From Mustelus asterias (taxonomy: Eukaryota): DNA of 64,000 nucleotides. Where the stretch lies: contig NW_027590423.1 of assembly GCF_964213995.1 (NCBI RefSeq), positions 248,001-312,000 of the forward strand, in the 5' to 3' direction. Below the pieces are notes generated by a model. The model ran no database searches. It saw only the letters and a list, made by a program, of their open reading frames with translations, and was not told where the DNA came from. This document shows positions 52,254 to 62,970 of this stretch, piece after piece; within the stretch, counting starts at the first letter, position 1, and each line of letters begins with the position of its first letter. The position numbers and the translations under genes are program-made.

Positions 52254-53659
52254 TCCAGATAATGACCAGTAATGCTTTGTTGACAGAAGTCAAGTTTGAA
52301 ACCCTACTTGCTTACTCAGAGGATACCAACACAATGTCTCCCGTTCTTACACAAATAAAATAAATGTTGCCATGTAAAGTCAGAAACATAAAGCCATTTA
52401 CAACACCGATCTCACCCAGCAGCGTTCAGAGTTAACATATGGTGTATGAGGAGTAACGGATGAAAAGTTATCTGCAAAACAGTACTGCACATTAAATGGC
52501 AGATGGGAACAAGGCAGATCCCATGGGATTTCCGTGATTTCAGGTGGATGGTGTCAGAGAGAACAGAACAGGGAGAGGGGGTCCCTGGGGGTGATGCTCA
52601 GTGAATTCTGGGCATTAATATCAGGGGGAATGGATCTGATCAGGGAGAAATGCATACGATAAACAGAAGGCACTGGGAGACGTTTCATGGTTACGACCAG
52701 ACAGTCAGTGTGTTTCCTGGACAGTGGAGTCTTTTTCTATGTCATGGAGCAGTAAGAGAAAAAATCTGTCTTTGTGTGTTTTAACCAATTGTGAAGCTGA
52801 AACATCTGTATCAGAAGGCCCCAGCCTCGGAGATTAAGTAGTTAATTGTATCAAATGGGCCCCAGCTTTTTCAAACTTCTGCGTTTTATTTCCTCTCTGG
52901 TCAATCCCAAAGATCCCAATCTAGTCATAATTTGAAAATTTGTAATCGATGATGTGCTGATCTGAAATACGGCTGAAGGGGAAAATTATTAACCAATTTA
53001 CAAGGTGTTTGACAGAATACATAAGACACTACAAAGAGTTAAATGATTCTTGAAACAAGGATAATCAGGGAATGAAACAAATACTTTACAAATATATGGA
53101 TGCAATAAGAGAATTGAATAAATAACTATGATTATAAAACATATATGCTCATCTTTTAATGTAATTTATGTATTGAATGAATTATTGTTCATTTCAACCA
53201 AAAGCAAGTCCCTGTCAGGTATGATGATAAATCGAAGAGTTGAGAGCCAATGGCCTGGGAACCTTAGCAGTTGCAGAATTAATATCTGAAAGTTCCTGGC
53301 GAGGGAACGCATTTTGCAACTTTATGAATGGGGACATTCAATGTTTAGACATAGAATGGATCGTACTGGGACTCAGGATCACGTGTCGATCCAGTTTTGG
53401 AAATGAGCCGGTGGGAATGTTCATTTTGACCTCCTCACACAGAGGTACCTGCCTCGTGAGTTTTATATTGTCTGTAGTTAACGACAGTATTGGTCATCTC
53501 AAATTATCCCACAACACGAGTCATAATTCGGAAATTTGCAATCGATGATGTGCTTATGTGAAATACACCTCAGTCTCTTGGATTCGCCCCGTGGTTTGCA
53601 CATCTGTTCTGTATGTGTTCTCTATCTAGCTTGTGGTTTGCCTGCCTGGGAAGTATTTC

Positions 53660-53995
53660 ATCGGATCCATCCCATCCTATTCACGTATTTGTCAAGATGC
53701 CTCTTAAAAGTCACTGTCATATCTGCTTCCACTACCTTCCCTGGCAGCGAGTTCCCGGCACTCACTACTCTCTGTATAAAAAACTTGCCTCGTACATCTC
53801 CTTTAAACCTTGCCCCTCGCACCTTAAACCTGTGCCCCCCTAGTAATTGACTCTTCCACCCTGGGAAAAAGCTTCTGATTATCCACTCTGTCCATGCCCC
53901 TCATAATCTTGTAGACTTCTGTCAGGTCGCCCCCCTCAACCTCCGTTGTTGCAGTGAGAACAAACCAAGTTTCTCCAACCTCTCTTCATAACTAA
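53660..53995 (-). mobile_element. CR1 LINE fragment
   Basis: Reverse complement of the same family as the nested element at 10196-10773. Confidence 0.85.
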
Positions 53996-54739
53996 TGAGC
54001 AATTACTCAGCCTGTGAGAGTCACAGCGTCATTTCTAAAATAACACAACACAACATTCAACAAGAACAAGCGAACGTCAGCTGAGGAATTGTATTAGGTA
54101 AGTTTCGACTTGCATTTACATTGAAAAATAATTTCAATAGTTTGTGGTGGTGTCAAAATGTACAGGTATTTCGTGTAACTCCAGCTGTCACCTGTGACAG
54201 GGGGGACTGACGGTTCTGCAAGTTTTAGCGAAAGATGAGGTCTTGGGACGTCATCTGTGAAACAGATAATTTCACAAATCAATTAATTATGGGCTCACTC
54301 ACCTCTTGTATTTTCATAGAGTCACAGAGGTTTACAGCATGGAAACAGGCCCTTCGGCCCAAGGGAATGTCAAGGACGCTGCGTTTACTTGTAAGGAAAA
54401 GTTTCATCATTGAGTTTGTCTTTATTCATTTACTGTCATCCCTAATTGCTGCCTGCCCGGTTGGAATTCAAACTGCTGGCAAGAGACAGTAAGAAGTCTC
54501 ACAACACAAAGTTAAAGTCCAACAGCTTTATTTAGTATCACGAGCTTTCGGAGCGCTGCTCCTTTATCAGATGACAGTAAGATAGTAAGACTATCCATCC
54601 ACTAACCACTCCCCTCAGTGAATCGACGATCGAATACTATTTGAACATAATATTTTACACGCATATTCCATGAACTCATATGCCTCAATATGCATGTGGC
54701 CCTTAATTATGCTGGCTGCTTTTCCGCGACTTGAGTCAG

Positions 54740-55315
54740 TGGGGTTATGCTGCAACTGTACAGGACCTTGGTGAACCACATTTGGAATATTGTGTGCAGT
54801 TCAGGTCACCTCAATATAAGAAGGATGTGGAAGCGCTGGAAAGAGTGCAGAGGAGATTTACCAGGATGCTGCCTGGTTTGGAGGGTAGGTCTTATGAGGA
54901 AAGGTTGAGGGAGCTGGGGCTGTTCTCTCTGGAGCGGAGGAGGCTGAGGGGAGACTTAATAGAGGTTTATAAAATGATGAAGGGGATAGATAGACTGAAC
55001 GTTCAAAGACTATTTCCTCGGGTGGATGGAGCTATTACAAGGGGGCATAACTATAGGGTTCATGGTGGGAGATACAGGAAGGATATCAGAGGTAGGTTAT
55101 TTGTGCAGAGAGTGGTTGGGGTGTGGAATGGACTGCCTGCTGTGATAGTGGAGTCAGACACTTTAGGAACATTTAAGCGGTTATTGGATAGGCACATGGA
55201 GCACACCAGGATGATAAGGGAGTGGGATAGCTTGATCTTGGTTTCAGATAAAACTCGGCACAACATCGTGGGCCGAAGGGCCTATTCTGTGCTGTACTGT
55301 TCTATGTTCTATGAT
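54740..55315 (+). mobile_element. CR1 LINE 3' end
   Basis: PHLEYCVQFRSP..LERVQRRFTRMLPG..RGHNYR, with a (TTCTATG)n tail. Confidence 0.9.
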
Positions 55316-55822
55316 AGATATGTGGAAATATCATGAAAAGACAAAATGGGAGTGAGCCCATCATACAATGATTTCTGAAATTGATTTTCAATGTAGATGT
55401 TACTTTTCATTGTTAATCAGTCACAGGTAAGGCACTGCAATGATGTTACTGCGCAATTGCCTTAGTCGCCACATTCCGGTGCCTGTGCGGGTCAATGTAC
55501 CTAACAGCATGTCGTTCAGAATGTGGGACGAAACCCACGCAGACACGGGAAGAATGTGGAAACTCCACACAGACAGTGAACCAAGCCGGGAACCAAACCT
55601 GGGCCCCTGGCACTACGAGGCAGCAGTGCCACCCACGTGCTAGTTATGTTAGTTAGAAACAACTAACATAATTCCTCAGTTGCTGCTCCTCCTCCTGTTG
55701 GTGTTGTGTTTTGTGTTGGTATTTTATTGATGGCTCTGTGACCCTCACGGGATGAGTAATTGTTCCTGATTAGCACAGGAAGCGCGCCCTCCGCTGGTCA
55801 CTAACTGGAACTCCCAGTCTGC

Positions 55823-56279
55823 AGTTCTTGTCCGGAATCCGCTCGATCTCTGCAGCAGAGTGTGGGCGGCAGAGCAGATAAATGCGGGGCGCTCTCGGAG
55901 AAAAGCACCCCAGCGATATTTAAAGGAACCATTTTGCTTTTGTTCAAACCAACAGGAAATCAGTCCAGAAAACTTGAGAAGTGCGTTTCCGTGCTGTATA
56001 ACGTCAACAGACACTTTGAGCCTTCCCCGGCAGACTGGGGTGTACCAGAACCGTGTTCGACCAGCTGTCGAGTAACTGCAATCCAGTGTTACTGTCTGTC
56101 CTTCCTGAACCCTAAATTCAGAAGTACCTGGGGTAGTTTATCTTTGCTATTGTTTCCTGCAACAAAATATAGTATTGATTAAATGTCTGGTGGAGAACGC
56201 TGGGAACGGGCAGTGGCGATTTAAACACAGAATCATTGGACAGCAAGACGAACAGTATTAGTAAAGAACATCGGGACAA
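55823..56279 (-). pseudogene. TCR alpha/delta V pseudogene with degenerate leader, V exon and RSS (not in the ORF track)
   Basis: The leader remnant (L)SRCSLLILFVLLSN at 56279-56234 has TTG in place of ATG and a mutated donor. An acceptor TTTTGTTGCAG lies at 56157. The exon reads VQEGQTVTLDCSYSTAGRTRFWY, then frameshifts to QSAGEGSKCLL..D*F..LNIAGVLFSESAPHLSALPP (a decayed DSAVYYCALRP). The RSS is CACTCTG-24 nt-ACAAGAACT (55862-55823). Confidence 0.8.
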
Positions 56280-58405
56280 CTTGCTTCCTATTGTAGAGAT
56301 AGTTACACTTCTCGGGGCTAAATGGATCAAATGATATCGTGGAAAAGAAAGAACATAATGAGGATGGAGTAGGTTCAAAGGGCTGAAAGACCTCCTCATG
56401 CTCCTATTTTCTATGTTTCTATTGGACACTGAATCATAGTCATTCATTCCTGTAACACAAAGACGGAATGCTTCAGGGACTAGATGTAACCCCTGGATGT
56501 CACACTGACCAGTTAAAAATATACTTGCAGCGAGAAAATGCTGCCTGCTTTCGTATTGGACAGAAAGTGACAACATGCTCCAATTGTGTTGAATGCGGCT
56601 GTCTGACAGAGTCCCACCCACTTTGCAATCTGGCTTCACATCGCACCGCAGGGGTTGGGGTGCATTATTGACCCTAATAATCACATTTTAATTTGATGTT
56701 TTTAAGTTTCCTTTGTACTTTGATTTCTGTTCGGACTGTTCCCCCCTCCTTTTTGGGGAGCTGCCCCTTTTACTTTGTCCTGATTTAATCTGAGTTTGTT
56801 TATTTGGTTTGACCTAAAAAGAGGGCAATCTGGCTTCACTTATTGAGAACTGGCGTTTTTTCCAGGAACAGGACTGGCTTCTCTGCCAGAACTGCTGATT
56901 ATTACCCACCAATAAACGAGAGCTGCAGACATTTTTTTTCTGATTCGTGATCTTTCTCTCGGTGACTTTTCTGCTCTCTCGTTCTCGTTGTCACGGTCTC
57001 TGTCTTTATGGCGAGACAGCCATTCATTTAGGAAATTTCCTCACCGCTTTCAAATGGTTGGCAGCGAATACAAATAATTCAGAGCGGCGAATATATTTTT
57101 ACCAATTCAAAAAACATGCCGTTACTCGAAACCGCCACCAGGCGGCGTGACCATTATTGCGGTGTTTTCACATTGACGCCCAACAGTCAATAAATATCCT
57201 TTCTGTTTCATTCAACAAACCGTGGTGACCAGAGACCATGAGGATGACACGGCACATATAAATTGACGAGTAAGGTATAGAAAGAGAAACTGAATAAGCG
57301 TTTAAAGATGAAGGAGCAAGAGGATGTGTAGGTTGCTGTGCAGAGAATGAGGAATAAACACATTACGCTGATCAGTCAATAAAAGTACAGTTTCTTTATT
57401 AGTCACAAATAGGCTTACATTCACACTGCAATGAAGTTACTGTGAAAATCCCCTTGTCGCCACGCTCCGGTGCCTGTTCGGGAACACTGAGGGAGAATTT
57501 AGCACGACCAGTGCACCCTAAACAGCACGTCTTTGGATTGTGGGAAGAAACCGGAGCACCCAAAGGAAAGTCACGCAGACACGGGGAGAGCGTCCAGACT
57601 CCACGCAGACAATGACCCAAGCCGGCAATTGAGCCCAGGTCCCTGGCGCTGTGAGGTGGCAGTGCTAACCACTGCGCCACCGTGCCGCCCCTATCATCAT
57701 TGCATGATTCTAAACCGACGGTGACTATTGGAGCCAAAAGTAACAAAGAGATCAGATATTCCTGAAACATTTAATCGGTTGTTGCATACACCCACAGAAT
57801 CCTAGTGAATGTCCAGAACTTATTTGTTTAAACACAGCGTATCCCCGAATTGGACTCTGAATGACGGCAACTGACAACATCCCAGAATAATCTGATTAGT
57901 CAGAATGTCAACCACCAGTGTCCCACAGAATGAGAAAGGGAAGCTCCACTGTCCACCACCCCCACCACCAACCATTGACAGTCCTGGACTCGGCAGCAAA
58001 TCCCTGTCTGCAAATAAAACCCTGATTGGCCCATCTTCTTCAGCACGAAAAAAAAACCTGTTTGCAGCTGAAGCTCTGATCCTGCTGACATTGGGTGATT
58101 TTATTTTTCTAATCAAATGCCATGTTTTAGCAATTTATTAATCATGTGCTTTGGTTAATTGACATTTTCGTTCACAGCCGTTCAATGAGAGGATCAGAGC
58201 TCCCACCCTGAGCGGGTGCGGGCTCGGGAAAGGGGACGGGTTGAACTGAACTGTCGGCTCTCTGTTGGTTCTGGAAACTGTTGGGTGAATGCTTGATCCG
58301 AGGTTATTCTGGTTTCTCCTCGCTGTGTTTGAGCAGCTGAGAGCGCCGCTGCTCAATCTGCCCGCGATTCTAAACAATCCGCAGTAGGCAGCAGCTCCTA
58401 TCTAG

Positions 58406-58444
58406 AGTTTTTGTTCGGCGGTGAGAATGTTTTCTATCACTGTG
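58406..58444 (-). promoter_or_regulatory. 23-spacer recombination signal sequence of V1
   Basis: CACAGTG (58444-58438), a 23-nt spacer, then ACAAAAACT (58414-58406). Confidence 0.95.
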
Positions 58445-58905
58445 AGACTGAAAGCGCAGTAATAGCCGCCAGCGTCAGTTAGCTGCAGACCCGAGATGGT
58501 TAAACTGGTGATTTTATTCTCGATCTGGAGCTCAGCGGAGAAACGGATTGTAGCAAAACCTGCTTTATCCTCAGTGTCCCAAGAACTTTTCATCACTATA
58601 AATTCCGGTTGCTTCTCTGGGCGCTGTCGATACCAATGTAAGTAATAATTGGTGGCTGTGGTATCATAGGTACAGATCAATGTCACCGCTTCTCCTTCTG
58701 TCTTACCATCTGAGGGGAACCGCTGAGTGACAGAATCTTCATTAGTCACATCTGAAAAAACAAATAAACATAATCAAAGGGAAACTGGTCAGGTCAGAGG
58801 CTGGAAATATTTGAACCATACGTGAAATAAAGGATGAAATGTATTTCATCCCCAATTACCAGTCAAGAATGCTACCCACACAACCCAGATGCTGAGCCGC
58901 CGCAT
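58445..58905 (-). CDS. TRAV/TRDV: T-cell receptor alpha/delta-type V gene segment (V1), apparently functional: leader exon 58905-58860 and V exon 58751-58445
   Basis: The leader MRRLSIWVVWVAFLT ends in a phase-1 G|GTAATT donor; the acceptor is TTTTTTCAG. The V exon reads DVTNEDSVTQ...VTLICTYDTT..YYLHWYRQ..PEFI..RFS..LTISGLQLTDAGGYYCAFS, with conserved Cys23, Trp41 and Cys104, and is followed directly by a 23-RSS. Confidence 0.93.
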
Positions 58906-59424
58906 TGCCTCTATCCGCGCTGTAAAGGGGAGTTGGGTATTTGACAGAATCTGTTTTAAACCCCGCCCCCAGTAATCTGCCGGTGTTGCCTTATGGTGAG
59001 CCGGAAACGAGCACAAATTGCTGAGTTTGGTCACATTTTCTCAATAATTCTGATAGCTTCAGCATCAGGATAGTGGTAATCCTGAATCCAATTAAATTAC
59101 ACTCGGTTAAACATTTTTTTCACTTAATTCCAGCGTCACTGTTAAGACCAGTGCTTATTTGTGTATCCTTGATATCCTCGGGAAAGATGTTGGTGAGCCG
59201 CCGCCCTGAAACACTGCTATTCACCTGGACTTTATCAACATATAGAGGGGACAGCTGTAGTGTATCAAGGTTTTCGGATAATACAAAGTGACGTTACATA
59301 GTCAGCTGTAGAGAGAGACAGAAAGTCGCTGCCAAGCGTTATGTGGACTCAGTCCATCAATCTTTCTGAAGGCAGATCCTTTTTTTCTAATTCAGGTGAA
59401 AAGTGAAACTAATTTAATCATTTA

Positions 59425-59715
59425 TGGGCGACACGGTGGCGCAGTGGTTAGCATTGCTGCCTCACAGCCCCAGGGACGCGGGTTCGATTCCAGCCTCGGG
59501 TCACTGTCTCTGTGGAGTTTGCACTTTCTCCCCGTGTCTGCGTGGGTTTCCTCAGGTGCTCCAGTTTCCTTCCACAGTCCTAAACTGTGCAGGTTTGCTG
59601 GATTGGCCACGCAAGATTACCTTTAGTGTCAGGGGATAGCAGGTTAAATATGTGGGTTACGGGGATAGGGCCTGGGTGGGATTGTTGTCGGGACAGGCTC
59701 GTTGAGCCTAATGGC
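59425..59715 (+). mobile_element. HE1-type SINE
   Basis: GGGCGACACGGTGGCGCAGTGGTTAGC..GGTTCGATTCC head, and core. Confidence 0.85.
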
Positions 59716-59809
59716 CATGACTCAACATAATTAATAGTTAGTGCTGTAAGTGTACCGGGGATAAGTAGTCACTCAACTCTGCACCAGGAAATATTTCACG
59801 GACTCATAA

Positions 59810-60280
59810 CATAGAAACTAGAAGCAGGAGCCTTCTCCGCCAATCATCGTAATCATAGCTGATCATGGAATTCAATATCCTGATCCCCCTTCCCCCTCGC
59901 CCATATCCCTCGACCCCTTTAGCCCCAAGAGCTATATCAAATTTCTTCTTGAAATCAGACAACGTTTTGGCCTCAACTACATTCGGTGGAACTGAATTTC
60001 ATGCATTCAACACTCTCTGGATGAAGGGATTTCCCTTCACCTCAGTTTATCCCTTATCTTCAAAAGATGACGCCTAGTTCTGGATTCCACCATTGGGAAC
60101 AGTCTTCTGAATCCACCCTGTCTAACCCTGTTCGAATTTTATAAGTTTCTATGAGATCCCCTCACACTGATCGAAACCCCAGTGAATATAATCCTAACGG
60201 ATTTAATCTCTCCTCATATGACAGAGCTGCCATCCCAGGAATCAGCATGGTAAATCTTCACTGTACCCCTCTATTCCCCA
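59810..60280 (-). mobile_element. CR1 LINE 3' fragment
   Basis: Degenerate ORF2 tail and a TTCTATG terminus on the minus strand. Confidence 0.75.
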
Positions 60281-60663
60281 AATAGAAAAGCTCTGATTTC
60301 AATCAGTTATTATTTCTGCTCCACGGACTTGAAAATGGGACAATTCTGAGGCTGCATTTGACAATAGATCACTTTTAAAATGTGTGGCCGGGCAGATAGG
60401 CACCGAATCCAGAATCTTTCTAAGTACAGATTAAGGGAGTTATTCACCCGGGATAATCTGCAGATTTTGTGCGGATGGGGTCGGAGAATGGTTGGATTTG
60501 ATCCGGGAATAATAGGACGGCAAATGTGACATTTCACAACACTGACAATGGCTGAGCTCAGTGGGGGGAATATTATTCAGCTGGGGCTGTATTGTGGCCT
60601 TCATTTTCTGCGCATTTTCGTTGAGATCCGACTCTTTTTCTCTGACCCTGAAACGTCTGCGTC

Positions 60664-60702
60664 ACTTTTTGTCTGAGGCCCGCGGGAGCCTCACTCACTG
60701 TG
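60664..60702 (-). promoter_or_regulatory. 23-spacer recombination signal sequence of V2
   Basis: CACAGTG (60702-60696), a 23-nt spacer, then ACAAAAAGT (60672-60664). Confidence 0.95.
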
Positions 60703-61173
60703 GGTCTCAGTGCACAGTAATACACGGCGCTGTCTCTCATCTTCAAATCTTTCATGGACAAGTGAAAAGTGCTTTGTGTCTGGTTGAGATTCCCGCTGAA
60801 GTGTCCAAAGCCGGGAGCCGTATCGGTAAACCCATAACTATTGGCTCTGAGCAGATACTGAGGAGCTCGGTGTGGATACTGGCGATACCAGAACAGGTCA
60901 TGTTGTATAGCTGAACTCGGCACAGAGTAACTGCAGGGTATTGCTGAATCTTCACCCTCTGCTGCTTCAACTCCTGGTTCTGACTGGAACACTGAGTCTC
61001 CATTACTCATCTCTGAAAATAAACAGCGGACGCACAGCGGGTTAGGAGACAGAGGAAGACGATAGTCACACAGCGCTGGGAAAGGGAAATTGCACAAGGT
61101 TTGCGATATACTTTACAATCTGTGACCAGAATCACTGACCTGGGATCAGAGCAATAACTAGAATCAGGAACAT
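60703..61173 (-). CDS. TRAV/TRDV: T-cell receptor alpha/delta-type V gene segment (V2), apparently functional: leader exon 61173-61140 and V exon 61012-60703
   Basis: The leader MFLILVIALIP ends in a phase-1 G|GTCAGT donor; the acceptor is ATTTTCAG. The V exon reads EMSNGDSVFQSEP..AIPCSYS..LFWYRQYPHRAPQYLL..FHLSMKDLKMRDSAVYYCALRP and is followed by a 23-RSS. Confidence 0.93.
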
Positions 61174-61489
61174 TTTCACCCCCAGCGTTCCAGTCTGAGC
61201 TCCAGAAACGGAAACAATGATCTCTCTCTGTACCGGACCTGGAATGTGAGAAGTTGAAAGAGTCAACAAGGTGTGGTGCGATTGGCTGGGGTTTATTTCC
61301 CCACCCATTTTTATATCTGCAAATAGTCACTCTCTGCAGAAGGCAACTGTGATGTTCGGTAAGTGATCAGAGAGCGCCCTCCCGTGGACATTACAACCGC
61401 ATTGGGAACAGACGCAGAAACAAGAGCCCAGATATACACACGCCGAGAAATATAAAGACCCAGAAATACCCAGTGCAGCTACAACACGG

Positions 61490-61707
61490 ACACGAGGAAC
61501 AACTCGCTCCACATCCACACCGTTAATACCCCTTATGGTTTTAAAGGTTTCAATGAAGTTATCTCTGAGTCTTCGAAACTCAAGTGGATACAAACCCAAC
61601 ATCAATATTCTTACCGCGGATACAGATAACCCGCACGTACCTGGATACTATGACAGCAAACCTTCTCTGAACGTTTTTTAACGCATTGCCATCTTTCTTT
61701 AGATAAG
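61490..61707 (-). mobile_element. Degenerate CR1 fragment into which the ERV inserted
   Basis: YLKKDGNALKNVQRRF and LGLYPLEFRRLRDNFIETFK begin directly after the LTR terminal CA. Confidence 0.75.
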
Positions 61708-62607
61708 TGTCGTGGTTCCCCAGGACGACAATTCGTTTACATCGGTTTAAAACAGAGAGTCTGAGCAGCGATCTTTCAAGCAAAAGACTTTATTTCTCAG
61801 CATAAGAGATAAAGCCGGGAGCGTCCGGAAAACTCCAAAGAGCTCTTGGGCTTACAATCTTTTATGTACATTTCAGCCTCCTATCTCAAGATCCTTATCT
61901 CCCTTTTACTGCCTGTCCTTGGTTGTAATCTTACCCTACAGCCCGCTCTTTCTTTGGCCATCATTATTTTTAGTTGACACTTTATCTGTTTTCTTTGCAA
62001 TCGGTCGTTCACTGTTATATCTCTTCGTTTCTTAAACCATGGTGGTAATAACTCTTGCTCTTATCTGAACTTTTCTGTTTGTACAATAATCGTGGTTTTG
62101 TAAGCTAAGGCGAATGTGTTTAGAAGAAAAGACATCCCCCCTGCTGATTTATAGTCTACTAATGTGTTTTTAGAAGAAAACATTCTCTCTGCTATTAAGT
62201 TGAACCACCGAGCAGTCTTTCTTGTTTTCTTAAGTGACTATTGTCTGCTTTTGCTAATCAGTGACTGCTATATTACTTCTTTAGTTCTTCTAGTTCCTCC
62301 ACTTTAATCATATCGACTACACTTGATTATATTAGGTCACACGAAGTTACTTTAGGTTACATATCCATCTCACTATTCACCTAAATCTACTTTATCATTT
62401 CACTAAGACCTAAATCTACTTTATCATTTTACTAAAACCTGTGAATCTGAATTCCATACTAAACTCATACAATATCCAGTACAATTTCCCTTACAAGTGA
62501 ATCTGAATTTCATACTAAACTCATACAATATCCAGTACAATTTCCCTTACAAGTGAATCTGAATTTCATACTAAACTCATACAATATCCAGTACAATTTC
62601 CCTTACA
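61708..62607 (-). mobile_element. 3' LTR (~900 bp) of the endogenous retrovirus
   Basis: A polypurine tract AAAGGGGGGA (62619-62610) is followed by CT and a TG start at 62607. There is a CATAAAA TATA-like box near 61866-61860 and AATAAA at 61794-61789. It ends ...ACGACA at 61708, where CR1 sequence resumes. Confidence 0.8.
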
Positions 62608-62970
62608 AGTCCCCCCTTTGAGGCTATTCCCTAGCCTCATCCCAATTACCAAGCTCAAATAATCCCCTCGCTCGATCCCATTTGTATTTTATTTTAATCA
62701 CTTTTTGCAGGCGATGTGGAGGAGCCGAATATTTTGGTCAGGGATCAGTGTCCCTATTCTAACTTTATCATAATTTGTCTATCCCGGTTCTGATTTTTGG
62801 GTTGCTCCTCCAGATTGCCTGCCCCTGACAGTCATCAGCCAAAAACCTTCCCACTCTTGTCTAGGGAAGGGAAAAAGACTGATTCCTGTGTACAGACTAA
62901 GTTCTCCTGGTTTCGTGCGGACTTCAGCAAGGTGCTGTTGTTTCCACAAGGTGATCTTCCACTATTGTAG

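Noticed and set aside
57195-57260. Leader-like MCRVILMV.. with a GT donor on the minus strand
   Set aside because: The hydrophobic stretch needs a frameshift, and no V exon could be recognised downstream.
58445-61173. NAR-TCR or IgNAR V segments
   Set aside because: Both V genes have their own leaders and TCR alpha/delta-like frameworks (WYRQ..PEFI/PQYLL, YYCAL/F), with no NAR-type features and no leaderless supporting-V arrangement.
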